Shown piece by piece: positions 9,591 to 19,058 of a DNA stretch of 64,000 nucleotides (the stretch's first letter is position 1; the number at the start of each line of letters is the position of its first letter). Source of the stretch: an uncultured virus (IMG/VR IMGVR_UViG_3300024270_002537) (lineage: Duplodnaviria > Heunggongvirae > Uroviricota > Caudoviricetes); the IMG/VR virus record IMGVR_UViG_3300024270_002537; one strand, 5' to 3'. Made by a program: the position numbers and the translations under genes. Under the pieces are notes generated by a model. The model searched no databases and was not told the origin of the DNA. It was given only the letters and a program-made list of their open reading frames with translations.

Positions 9591-10245
9591 AGGTAGTCTC
9601 CTTTCTCTCTGGCTCAATGGTTTCATTTGATTTACGGGTCGGTTTTAATTCTTCTTGCAGACCAAATACTGCGTAATCATCGAAAAAGTTAATTTGCATA
9701 GCTTTCTTGTGTTCACTGACCGGTAAACCAAACTGAGTTTGCCATGATTCTGGGAAAAGAGGTTTTCTGGAAGCCTTGACTTTGCCATCTTCTTTTATAG
9801 TTCGTTCATAGATTTCTGGGCTGTTCAAGTCGAAAATAAACAATAATTCATCGCCTGAACGTACCAGTTTTCCGAGAAGTTTATAGCGGTAATTTGGGTT
9901 CCAGTCCATGAGTGAAATAACCTTTGCAAAGAACATTCTGCAGGTGATCTGTTTGGGACTTCTTTTTTTGGTGCCGGAACACCAACGGAAAGAATCTTTT
10001 TCGTCTTCACTACATGGGCGTACAGCAAGTTTTTTATCTTCCGGATTTACCAGAATCTGCACATAGTCATATTCTGGTAGTTTCTTTATGCAGGCTGTAT
10101 TAACGCCTACTTTGTAATTGTTAAATGTAATTGACGGTTCATATATGTGGGCAAAGAACTCTCCGCGTACTACCTGATAGCCGTCAAAGTTAAAATCATC
10201 TACTTCAAGTATTTCCATTTCATTCATCAGAGTTTGATCGTTCAT
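9517..10245 (-). CDS. recombinase-associated hypothetical protein, paralog of the recombinase C-terminal domain
   Basis: FNFDGYQVVRGEFF...DYVQILVNPEDKKLAVRP...WNPNYRYKLLG, RBS AGGAGG. Confidence 0.8.
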   Translation of the reverse strand: MNDQTLMNEMEILEVDDFNFDGYQVVRGEFFAHIYEPSITFNNYKVGVNTACIKKLPEYDYVQILVNPEDKKLAVRPCSEDEKDSFRWCSGTKKRSPKQITCRMFFAKVISLMDWNPNYRYKLLGKLVRSGDELLFIFDLNSPEIYERTIKEDGKVKASRKPLFPESWQTQFGLPVSEHKKAMQINFFDDYAVFGLQEELKPTRKSNETIEPERKETTYEQLNLATVEGNSAGQSPSDKSGY

Positions 10246-12115
10246 CACTGACCTCCTGTTTCATATCATCAATAATTGTTTCTATATGACGCTCAATATC
10301 CGCTTTGCTGGTTACCTGAAGAGGTGGTTCGGGGTGGTAGGCAGTTCCTTCTGCCCGGATGTTCCAACCATCCTCATCAGTCTGCGCGGCAAGCTCGGCG
10401 GCTTGAGCCTGACTATAATAGTTATTGCCAAATGTATGTGACCATGACATAGGGTAAGCAAGGATATTTTTCTGGGTGCCGAGGGGCTTTACGTTTTCTT
10501 CAAAAATAGGAGAGCCGTTTTCATCTTCATCAGTTTGAAGAAGTTTGTTGGGAATCAGAACCTCAGTATCCTGCAAATTGAAGAAGAGCAGTGAATCATC
10601 TCCAAACTGCTTTTTAACACCGATAATCCTGTATTTTCGTTCCGTATTCCAACCAAACAGCTCATATAGGTTTGGAAGAAAAGCAGCTCCTGAAATCTGT
10701 TTAGATAATATTTTCCCCTCAGATTGTCTGCTCCATTGCACTGCATTTTTATCTTGCTTACTTGCGGGTCGGACCACAAGTTGGTCCTTGCCAGGATGTA
10801 CGAAAAGTTCTATGTATTGGGTGTCGAATTTTTTAACGCACTCTGTAGAAAACTTTATTGTAGTGGAAGAAAAGGTAATGCATATCTTATTTCCGGTATC
10901 AAAAAACTGAGCTCTTGCAACTTCATATCCTCTTAGGTCAAAATCGCCTCGGTTGACTTTGAGGGGTTGTCCGGGTAATTCAATGACAGGATCATAAATA
11001 CTTTCTGAGGCAAGCCGGTAATCGTTTGCTTTGAATCCAGACCATCTGGGGTTGATGGAAACAAAGCCACGGAGAAGCCCATCCGGAATTACTTTGAGTT
11101 CCGGCAGAATCCCTTTATTTCCATATTTGGCATTGCTTATCAGGCGTTGAACAGCAATGAAGTCATCACGCGAGATAATAGGCTCATGATGATTTTTCTG
11201 TCGATATTGGTTTCTGTCCTGTCGGTTCTTTTTCGACTTATGGTCCAGATAACTGGGTGTCCACGTCTTACGGGCAAGGACATCACCGCAATGGCGCTCA
11301 TTTTGGAGAATCTGCATGATAGAGCCAGGGGACCAGATAGTATTGTCTTTCTTAGTACGTCTGCCCAAATCAGTGAGTGTATTTGCAATTTCTTGACAAG
11401 TGTAACCATACAGGTACATAAAGAAAATAAGGCGGACTGTCTTGGCCTCATCTTCATTGATGACCAGATTTCCGTCTTCGTCATGGTCATAGCCGAGTAA
11501 TGGTGGGGTCAGGAAAATGCCCCTTCGGAATCTCATTTCGATAGAGGCGTTCATGATTTCACTCTTATTATGACTTTCTTCCTGTGCCAGTGTGGAAATG
11601 AATGATAAGCTCATTTCACTATTGGCATTTAGGGTATATATATTTTCTGTTTCAAAAAATACACCAATAGGTGGATTTAGTGCAGCCAGTTTTCGGACAT
11701 ATCCGATACAGTCCAGAACATTTCTTGCAAATCTTGAAACACTTTTAGTAACAATTAAATCTATCTTGCCAGCGTGGCAGTCTTCAATCATCCGTATAAA
11801 GGAATCTCTGTGTTGTAAGGAAGTACCGGAGATACCTTCATCGGCGTAAATTTCAATCAGTTTCCATCCGGGATGCCGGCTTACTACATCTTGATAGTGA
11901 TTTTTTTGCAATTCATATGAAGAGGTCTGGCGTGGATCGTCTGTGGAAACCCTGGCATAAACGGCAACTCTTTTTTCACGGCTATCCTCGTAGAAGTTTG
12001 TTTGAGGAAGTGCCGGAATAATATCTAATTCATCAGAATCTATGCCTTTGTAGCGTTGTCTTATCTTTTCCTTTTGGGAGGCGGCGTTGCCTATGCGTTC
12101 TTCTTTCTCTTTCAT
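10220..12115 (-). CDS. large serine recombinase with atypical C-terminal domain
   Basis: VAVYARVST, YADEGISGT, KSVSRFARN, recombinase domain (LLGYD...HEPIISRDDF). No zinc-ribbon CxxC. Confidence 0.92.
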   Translation of the reverse strand: MKEKEERIGNAASQKEKIRQRYKGIDSDELDIIPALPQTNFYEDSREKRVAVYARVSTDDPRQTSSYELQKNHYQDVVSRHPGWKLIEIYADEGISGTSLQHRDSFIRMIEDCHAGKIDLIVTKSVSRFARNVLDCIGYVRKLAALNPPIGVFFETENIYTLNANSEMSLSFISTLAQEESHNKSEIMNASIEMRFRRGIFLTPPLLGYDHDEDGNLVINEDEAKTVRLIFFMYLYGYTCQEIANTLTDLGRRTKKDNTIWSPGSIMQILQNERHCGDVLARKTWTPSYLDHKSKKNRQDRNQYRQKNHHEPIISRDDFIAVQRLISNAKYGNKGILPELKVIPDGLLRGFVSINPRWSGFKANDYRLASESIYDPVIELPGQPLKVNRGDFDLRGYEVARAQFFDTGNKICITFSSTTIKFSTECVKKFDTQYIELFVHPGKDQLVVRPASKQDKNAVQWSRQSEGKILSKQISGAAFLPNLYELFGWNTERKYRIIGVKKQFGDDSLLFFNLQDTEVLIPNKLLQTDEDENGSPIFEENVKPLGTQKNILAYPMSWSHTFGNNYYSQAQAAELAAQTDEDGWNIRAEGTAYHPEPPLQVTSKADIERHIETIIDDMKQEVSDERSNSDE

Positions 12116-12174
12116 CGTGAGACCATCCTTTGCCGATTATTACATACCTATTATATTTTTCTGGGCATAAAAAG

Positions 12175-12213
12175 AAATCGACCAGAGGTTAAGTATTAAC
12201 CTGTAGTCGATTT
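12175..12213. repeat. imperfect palindrome upstream of the recombinase operon (operator, recombination site or terminator)
   Basis: AAATCGACCAGAGGTTAA-GTA-TTAACCTGTAGTCGATTT. Confidence 0.55.
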
Positions 12214-12240
12214 TCAAGATAACTTTTTATTCAATTTTGA

Positions 12241-12588
12241 TTATTGGTTTGAATTGCGAAGTGCTACTTTCAGTTCTTTTATCATTTTTAGGATAGCTTT
12301 CTTTTCAGAAATTGTGCAGTCACTTAAAAGAGAAACTATCTCATTTGTTTCTAATTTATTGACGGATGGAACATCAGAACGCAACAACCAGTCTGCTGAA
12401 ACTTGCAAAGCTTCGGTTAAGCGCATGAATACATCAATGCTCATGTTTGCTTTTCCATTTTCAATTTGACTAACATATGTTGGATGGAGTTGTGCTTTCT
12501 CAGCCAGACCTACTTGACTTAGTTTCAAATTGAGTCTGGCTTCTCGAACACGAGCCCCCATCTCTTTCAATTTGATCTCCATTGGCAC
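12241..12588 (-). CDS. XRE-family HTH regulator
   Basis: LSQVGLAEKAQLHPTYVSQIENGK. Confidence 0.9.
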   Translation of the reverse strand: MPMEIKLKEMGARVREARLNLKLSQVGLAEKAQLHPTYVSQIENGKANMSIDVFMRLTEALQVSADWLLRSDVPSVNKLETNEIVSLLSDCTISEKKAILKMIKELKVALRNSNQ

Positions 12589-12598
12589 ACTCGTTTCT

Positions 12599-12710
12599 TA
12601 GTCGATAGACTATCTTTTTGTTTATTGTATCCGCAATAGTCTAAGAATAGAATAGACTGCTGACTAATACTTAGACTATAGACTAAGATATACCTGAAAA
12701 ATTTTTCAGG
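12599..12710. promoter_or_regulatory. divergent promoter/operator region
   Basis: Repeated TAGTC/GACTA half-sites (TAGTC-GATA-GACTA at 12599-12612 and others) and a perfect palindrome CCTGAAAAATTTTTCAGG at 12693-12710 overlapping the RBS. Confidence 0.6.
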
Positions 12711-12720
12711 AGGTGGCTTT

Positions 12721-13089
12721 ATGTCAGTAAATTTTAAACTAATCGGAAGAAGAATCAGGGAGGTGAGAACAGAACTTGGAATTTCTCAAGCTGATCTGGC
12801 GGAGCGTAGTAAAACATCTGCCCAGTATTTGAGCCAGATTGAGAACGGGAAAAAGCAAGCCAGTCTGCAAGTATTAGTGTCTGTGGCAGAGGTATTAGAA
12901 GTTTCGCTTAATGAGCTTCTTATGGGAAATCAGGTAAACAATCCGGTGGAGTATCAAAGAGATGTTGTACGGCTTTTGGCTGATTGTTCATCATATGAGA
13001 AGAGGGTACTTTTTGAAATGCTTTTGAATATGAAGGCGGTACTTAGAGAAAATAAGGGGCTGTTAGAAAAAGACTTAGAAAAATATTGA
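12721..13089 (+). CDS. XRE-family HTH regulator
   Basis: ISQADLAERSKTSAQYLSQIENGK, RBS AGGAGG. Confidence 0.9.
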   Translation: MSVNFKLIGRRIREVRTELGISQADLAERSKTSAQYLSQIENGKKQASLQVLVSVAEVLEVSLNELLMGNQVNNPVEYQRDVVRLLADCSSYEKRVLFEMLLNMKAVLRENKGLLEKDLEKY

Positions 13090-13140
13090 TTATTGGAGAA
13101 CACATTTTTTACAAATGTTCGCGCGCAAGAATAAAAACAC

Positions 13141-13169
13141 TTGAAAATATTCGCCTCAGCGAATATAAT
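13141..13169 (+). promoter_or_regulatory. sigma-A promoter with operator palindrome in the spacer
   Basis: TTGAAA-N17-TATAAT, with ATATTCGC-CTCA-GCGAATAT at 13147-13166. Confidence 0.75.
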
Positions 13170-13206
13170 AAAATAGGTACTGTATGTTGAAATGGAGGTT
13201 GTGTAC

Positions 13207-13392
13207 ATGAATTTTTTAACAACAGCAGAACAGGCTAAATTATGGAATATTTCTCAACGCAGAGTTGCTATTTACTGTAAAGAGGGACGTGTTGAGGGTG
13301 CAATTTTGAAGGGCAGTATGTGGTTGATTCCAGAGGGGGCTAAAAAGCCGGAAGACCCAAGAAGAGTCCGTAAAACGGGACAGACAGAATAG
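13207..13392 (+). CDS. small excisionase/MerR-like HTH DNA-binding protein
   Basis: FLTTAEQAKLWNISQRRVAIYCKEGRVEGAILKGSMWLIP. Confidence 0.85.
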   Translation: MNFLTTAEQAKLWNISQRRVAIYCKEGRVEGAILKGSMWLIPEGAKKPEDPRRVRKTGQTE

Positions 13393-13425
13393 TATATTAG
13401 ACTTAAAAATCGAGAGGTGTTAGGT

Positions 13426-15945
13426 ATGTTAAAAGATAATACTTTGACTTACATAAGTTTGTTTAGCTGTGCAGGGGTCGGATGTTTCGGTTTTAAGAAA
13501 GCCGGTTTTGAATGCATTGCAACGAATGAACTTATTGAAAGACGTTTGAATGTTCAAAAGTTCAATAATAAATGTAGATTTGATTCAGGGTATATATGTG
13601 ATGATATTACTACAGATGAAACAAAGAAAAAAATATTTGACGAAATAAAACGATGGGAAAAATTGGGCAACGATAGGGTTGATGTACTGATTGCAACGCC
13701 TCCATGTCAAGGAATGTCTGTAGCAAACCATAAAAAAGCAGAAGATGAGATTGTACGTAATAGCTTAGTTGTTGAGTCAATTAAAATTGTGCAGTCAATT
13801 AAGCCGAGATTCTTTATTTTTGAAAATGTACCGGCGTTTATGAAGACTGGTTGTACAGCACCTGATGGAGCTGTTAAAGCCATTGGCGATGTTATCGTGG
13901 AAGAATTAAGTGGCGAATATACCATTACAAGCAGAGTATTAAATTTTAAAAATTATGGTTCAAATTCTTCTCGTACCAGAACCGTTGTGATTGGTGTTTG
14001 TAAAGAGTTGTCAGAGTATATTGCTCCTATTGAACTGTATCCACAGTATAGAGAGGAAAAAATTCTTAGAGAAGTGATTGGCGATATGAAGTCCTTAGAA
14101 TGGGGAGAAATTGCAAGCGATGACTTTTATCATGCATTTCGTACCTATCCTGAGGAAATGCGTGCATGGATTCATGATCTAAAGGAAGGGCAAGGCGCAT
14201 TTGAAAATGCTGATCCACTAAAGAGACCGCATAAGATTGTAGATGGTAAAATTGTGCCTAATCAGCAGAAGAATGGAGACAAATATACTCGTCAATATTG
14301 GGATAAAGTAGGTCCTTGCATTCATACAAGAAATGACCAGTTAGCGAGTCAAAATACGGTCCATCCATGTGATGACAGAGTATTTAGCATTAGGGAATTG
14401 ATGAAAATAATGACAATTCCGGATGAGTTCAAGTGGGTGGCTTATTCGCTGGATGAGTTAAACGGGCTGAATGATAAAGAAAAACATTCAGTTCTAAAAA
14501 AAGAAGAAATCAAGATTCGTCAGAGTATAGGAGAAGCGGTTCCTACGGCCATATTCTTTAGCATTGCAAGGAATATAGTAGATTTTATGCAGCAGAAGCA
14601 TCTTCCTACAGCAATGATAGCTCAGGTTATAAAAAATAATCAATTAGATTGCCCTGAAAATCTGATCAATTTTTTGCGGGAAAATCCAATGAACTTAGGT
14701 ATTTCTTCATTGGCAAGAATTGCTGAATTGACGAATACGCAGAGAGAAAATAATTCTGCATATTATACAAATAAATATATTGTCAATGAAATAGCTAATG
14801 ATTTGCCGGAATATGATAAAGAAGATGTATATATTTTGGAGCCATCTGTTGGAGTGGGTAATTTTTTGCCAATAGTTTTTAAGAAATATGAAGCAATAAA
14901 AAGATTGCACATAGACGTGGTTGATATTGACGATAAAAATTTGGAACTTCTAAAAATATTGGTTGCAAAGATGGGTGTTCCGAGTAATGTTGAGTTGCGC
15001 TATATATGCGATGATTTTTTGCTACATGAATTTAAGCAGACATATGATCTGGTAATTGGTAATCCGCCATTTACTAAGATGAAAGCAGGGGAGGCTAGTA
15101 AATACCTTGCGAATAACTTAAATAAGGAAACGACAAATACATTTGAGTTTTTTCTGGAAAAAGCTATAAATATCGGAGAGTTTGTTGCTATGATTACACC
15201 GAAAGCGTTGCTTAACACGCCAGAGTTTTCAGTTACCAGAAATTGGTTACAAGATATGAATATATCATGTATTCAGGATTTTGGTGAAAAAGGGTTTAAA
15301 GGTGTTTTGGTTGAAACTATCTGTATTTTTATAAATAAAAATAAGAAGCCGGGAAAAACACTTATAAAATCTGCGACATTACAATTACAAATGTTACAAG
15401 AGCAAAAATACGTCACAGATAGTCAGTTTCCGTATTGGTTGATTTATCGCAATGAATTTTTTGATCGAGTATCTGCGAAAATGGATTTTGATAAGTTTAC
15501 GGTTTTTAGAGATAGGCAGATAACAAACAGTAATACTATTTCCGAAAAGAAAGCTGATTCAGTTAGAGTAATAAAGTCGAGAAATATAAGTGATAATGGA
15601 CGTGAAATAATCGATATTCCGGGATATGATGCTTATATAATGAGAGACACTGCAAAAAAATTGAGTGCATTTAAGTTTCTGGGAGATCAAAGAGTATACT
15701 TGACTCCTAATATGACATATAAGCCGCGAGTAATGAAAAATGGAGAAAACGTATTGGTTAATGGTTCTGTTGCGATTCTTATACCAAAAACTGATATTGA
15801 ATTGACGCAGGAGCAGATGGAATATTTTTCAACGGAAGAATATAGAACTTTTTATCAGATTGCAAGAAATTACCAAACCAGATCCTTAAATGTTGACGCC
15901 ACAAGTGTATTCTTTTACGGTGTTCTGAAGGAGGAGAGATCATGA
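13426..15945 (+). CDS. bifunctional fused DNA methyltransferase (C5-cytosine + N6-adenine), M.HpyAV-like architecture
   Basis: N-half FSCAGVG, PPCQG, ENV, QSIGEAVP. C-half LEPSVGVGNF, GNPPF. Confidence 0.88.
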   Translation: MLKDNTLTYISLFSCAGVGCFGFKKAGFECIATNELIERRLNVQKFNNKCRFDSGYICDDITTDETKKKIFDEIKRWEKLGNDRVDVLIATPPCQGMSVANHKKAEDEIVRNSLVVESIKIVQSIKPRFFIFENVPAFMKTGCTAPDGAVKAIGDVIVEELSGEYTITSRVLNFKNYGSNSSRTRTVVIGVCKELSEYIAPIELYPQYREEKILREVIGDMKSLEWGEIASDDFYHAFRTYPEEMRAWIHDLKEGQGAFENADPLKRPHKIVDGKIVPNQQKNGDKYTRQYWDKVGPCIHTRNDQLASQNTVHPCDDRVFSIRELMKIMTIPDEFKWVAYSLDELNGLNDKEKHSVLKKEEIKIRQSIGEAVPTAIFFSIARNIVDFMQQKHLPTAMIAQVIKNNQLDCPENLINFLRENPMNLGISSLARIAELTNTQRENNSAYYTNKYIVNEIANDLPEYDKEDVYILEPSVGVGNFLPIVFKKYEAIKRLHIDVVDIDDKNLELLKILVAKMGVPSNVELRYICDDFLLHEFKQTYDLVIGNPPFTKMKAGEASKYLANNLNKETTNTFEFFLEKAINIGEFVAMITPKALLNTPEFSVTRNWLQDMNISCIQDFGEKGFKGVLVETICIFINKNKKPGKTLIKSATLQLQMLQEQKYVTDSQFPYWLIYRNEFFDRVSAKMDFDKFTVFRDRQITNSNTISEKKADSVRVIKSRNISDNGREIIDIPGYDAYIMRDTAKKLSAFKFLGDQRVYLTPNMTYKPRVMKNGENVLVNGSVAILIPKTDIELTQEQMEYFSTEEYRTFYQIARNYQTRSLNVDATSVFFYGVLKEERS

Positions 15946-17162
15946 ATGAGGCGCAGATACAAAAATTTTTAGATGAACATAATTATGATGTTAGGATAAC
16001 ACACAATGGGCGTTGGATTGATCAAAAGTGTACTATGGATGTTGTTTGTCTGGTTGCAGATTGTATAATAGAGTTTGTGAACAGTCGTCCTGAGAAAACA
16101 TTCACTGTTAATGATATATGGTACAATGAGTATACGGTGGAAAACGTTCAACAGATATTTAGCAAGCCAAACCCGAGTGAAAAAGCATCAAATGAATACG
16201 ATAAGTATTTTGGACAGCCAATTAAGCTACTTGATGCGGCAGGTGTAATACACGGAGAAAAGCAAGGAAGCCGTTATGTTTACGAGATCGTTAATTATGA
16301 TATTCTTGAATATATAAGTTTTAGAGAGAGAAACAGCTATACATTTCTTTGTCTATATATAGAAAAAGTTTTGCGCGACAGCGGTATTTACAGACTGTTT
16401 GAATATTTTTTTAGGTTGCAAGATAAGAACTCTTTTAAAGATTTAAAAGATGGATATACGGAATTTACAATCAAGAATACACCAATTAACGGAGCAACAG
16501 AATGTGGCCGTATCTTTACAAAAGTATTAAATCCGTTAGCATGTAAGTATCGCAAATGCGGAACGGAAAGAGGCCATCTATCCAAAGATGTTATCACGCA
16601 GGATATGATTTTGTATAACCAGAGAAACTGGAGAGATATTTTATCTGAGAAACCGAAAGATATGACACGAGTGGAGTACGAAGTCACATTGCCTAAACCA
16701 GATGAAGACTATATGACAGCGTACCGTATCAATCGAGCTAAACGAAATCTACGTAGATTTAATGATTTGTATAGAAACGGAAGAACCGAGGTGTATGATG
16801 AGCGACATATTGCGGATTGGGCGACACAGATGCATCATATTTTTCCTGCGAGTGATTACCCAACAATTGCAGACTATTTGGAAAATTTAATTGCGTTGAC
16901 TCCGACACAGCATTTTACATATGCTCATCCGAATAACAATACACAATATATTGACAGAATGTATCAGTATATGTGCCTGATATCGAAAACAGGTACAATA
17001 AGAGAAAATTTAAAGAATAAGAATAATGTACCGGTGATATATGACTTTTATCTTTTCCAAACAGTTCTTAGTACAGGGTTGGAAACGGAAGAGTTTTATA
17101 AAGTTAAAGATATGGATTTTGAGCAGATTCTTAATTTGATCGAAGTACATTATGAGGGTTAA
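15942..17162 (+). CDS. HNH-type restriction endonuclease (HpyAV/Hin4II-like)
   Basis: NYDVR..NGRWIDQKCT N-terminus, QMHHIFP...ENLIALTPTQHF..AHP. Translationally coupled to the MTase (ATGA). Confidence 0.75.
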   Translation: MNEAQIQKFLDEHNYDVRITHNGRWIDQKCTMDVVCLVADCIIEFVNSRPEKTFTVNDIWYNEYTVENVQQIFSKPNPSEKASNEYDKYFGQPIKLLDAAGVIHGEKQGSRYVYEIVNYDILEYISFRERNSYTFLCLYIEKVLRDSGIYRLFEYFFRLQDKNSFKDLKDGYTEFTIKNTPINGATECGRIFTKVLNPLACKYRKCGTERGHLSKDVITQDMILYNQRNWRDILSEKPKDMTRVEYEVTLPKPDEDYMTAYRINRAKRNLRRFNDLYRNGRTEVYDERHIADWATQMHHIFPASDYPTIADYLENLIALTPTQHFTYAHPNNNTQYIDRMYQYMCLISKTGTIRENLKNKNNVPVIYDFYLFQTVLSTGLETEEFYKVKDMDFEQILNLIEVHYEG

Positions 17163-17165
17163 ACT

Positions 17166-17792
17166 ATGAGAGGTTATGTTTACGGAAGAAATGGACAAGT
17201 TGTATTTTCATCGTCCGAAGAATTTTATTATACATTAGGTTTTTTGGCGGATTCAAGAAGAGCAGCTATTTATTGGGAACATAATGAGGATCAAGGAGCG
17301 TGGGGAAGTGAGGGACGAATTCACTGCTTGATTTCAGAAGAATTATTTCCAGCATTTTTTAAGTTTACGGCTGGAAGGGGGTCTGGTGTCTATGCAAGAA
17401 TCAACTGTAATGATTATGTAGGCTGTCTGGTTGAGGATCATAAATTCAAAACAAGAGGCGTAAGACAGAATGTTGAAGAGATAATGTCAACAGTACCGGA
17501 TCAATATAGAGACATTTTCTTAAAAGGTTATGGCGGAAAGATTGATGAGCGTTTATTAAAAAAAGCAACAATTAGTGCATCACCAGCTAAAAAGAGTGGC
17601 ATAAATCTTACCGGAAATAATGTAACAAAAAAGATTGTTGCCAAAGTAGGAGAAAAAGTGCAGCATAAAAAGTTCGGAGTAGGCGTTGTTAAAAAAATAT
17701 CTGGAACCAACATGACTGTTACATTTGGAAAAGAGGATAAATTCTTCCAGTATCCAGGGGCTTTTGAACAAGGTTTTTTGACTAAATTATAA
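17166..17792 (+). CDS. hypothetical protein with C-terminal Tudor/SH3-like domain
   Basis: KVGEKVQHKKFGVGVV resembles the UvrD/PcrA C-terminal Tudor motif. Confidence 0.7.
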   Translation: MRGYVYGRNGQVVFSSSEEFYYTLGFLADSRRAAIYWEHNEDQGAWGSEGRIHCLISEELFPAFFKFTAGRGSGVYARINCNDYVGCLVEDHKFKTRGVRQNVEEIMSTVPDQYRDIFLKGYGGKIDERLLKKATISASPAKKSGINLTGNNVTKKIVAKVGEKVQHKKFGVGVVKKISGTNMTVTFGKEDKFFQYPGAFEQGFLTKL

Positions 17793-17806
17793 ATGGAGGA
17801 GTTGTC

Positions 17807-19051
17807 ATGAAAGAAGCTGACTGGAGAGAGAAAATACAACAATTTCTAAATGCGCATAACTACGATTTGAGGAAAAAGCGAGTAAATAAGCGATGGATGG
17901 ATCAGAAATGCGCATTTGATGTTGTAAGTTTTCTGGCTGAATGTATTCTTGAATATACACAGGAAGATAATGACAAAGCTTTTAAGCGAACTGACATATG
18001 GCACAGCCCATTTGCTATAAATGGCGTAAAGTATGATTTTAAGAAGACCGATGCCGAAACTATGACAGAAAATGAGTATGATAAGTTTTTTGGTAATAGT
18101 ATAGGGATGCTTCATTATGCGGGAATCTTAAAAGGTCGGAAAGCAAAAAAAGGGCAAGGGAAACCATATATCTATCATGTCAGTAATAGGGACCTTTTAG
18201 AATTTATATCAGTTCGACCTAAAAATGCACTGATCTTTCTTCAGATGTATATAAAAAAAGTATTGATTGATAGCGATATCTATACGCCATTTGAAGAGTT
18301 TTTCCAGAGGCAGGATTATGAATCGTTAGCTGCCTGTAGAACATGTTTTAAGGCATTTCTTCAGAAACACACTGGAATACGGAGACCAACTGAACCAAAC
18401 AAAATATTTATCAAGGTAATTAACCCATTGGCTAATGCCGAAAATAAGAAAGGTTATGTAGGAAAGACTGTTTCTGTAGGGCCGATAACATTGGCAGATT
18501 TAGGTTATCAAAGAGACAATTGGTATGATGAATATTTGAAAAAACCTAAAAATGTGTCAAGAAGAGAGCATAGGGAGAATTTGCCAGATAGTGGTTTAAG
18601 CATAGAACTAGAACACAGATCAACAAGAGGCAAGAATAAAGTAAGAAATTATAATAGGGATTACAATAATGCTCATTCCGAGTTGAATGATGAATTTTAT
18701 ACTGACGGTAGTGTAGAAATACATCATATATTTCCGAAACATGATCCGGATTATCAGGTTTTAGTAGACAAATACGAGAATTTAATAGCATTAACGATAT
18801 CACAACATAGAGATCATGCTCATCCAAATGCCCGAATGCGTGAAATTGTGAAAGAATACCAGAGAGCATGTATTTTACAAAAGATTGAGACCGTAAAAGA
18901 AGATGAAGAAACAAATGGAGGTGCCTTATATAATTTTGAATCTCTGGTACAGGTGTTGTCGATCGGATTTGATTCAGGTGAATTTATGGAAGTTGCTGAT
19001 GGAGATTATGATGCACTAAAATCTTTAGTAGAGGATTATTATAATAAATAG
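17807..19051 (+). CDS. second HNH-type restriction endonuclease paralog
   Basis: NYDLRK..RWMDQKC, NEYDKFFG, EIHHIFP...ENLIALTISQHRDHAHP, collinear with 15942-17162. Confidence 0.72.
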   Translation: MKEADWREKIQQFLNAHNYDLRKKRVNKRWMDQKCAFDVVSFLAECILEYTQEDNDKAFKRTDIWHSPFAINGVKYDFKKTDAETMTENEYDKFFGNSIGMLHYAGILKGRKAKKGQGKPYIYHVSNRDLLEFISVRPKNALIFLQMYIKKVLIDSDIYTPFEEFFQRQDYESLAACRTCFKAFLQKHTGIRRPTEPNKIFIKVINPLANAENKKGYVGKTVSVGPITLADLGYQRDNWYDEYLKKPKNVSRREHRENLPDSGLSIELEHRSTRGKNKVRNYNRDYNNAHSELNDEFYTDGSVEIHHIFPKHDPDYQVLVDKYENLIALTISQHRDHAHPNARMREIVKEYQRACILQKIETVKEDEETNGGALYNFESLVQVLSIGFDSGEFMEVADGDYDALKSLVEDYYNK

Positions 19052-19058
19052 TCCATAA

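Noticed and set aside
13107..13121. Possible second SOS box (TTTTACAAATGTTCG)
   Set aside because: The left half-site lacks GAAC, so the match is too weak.
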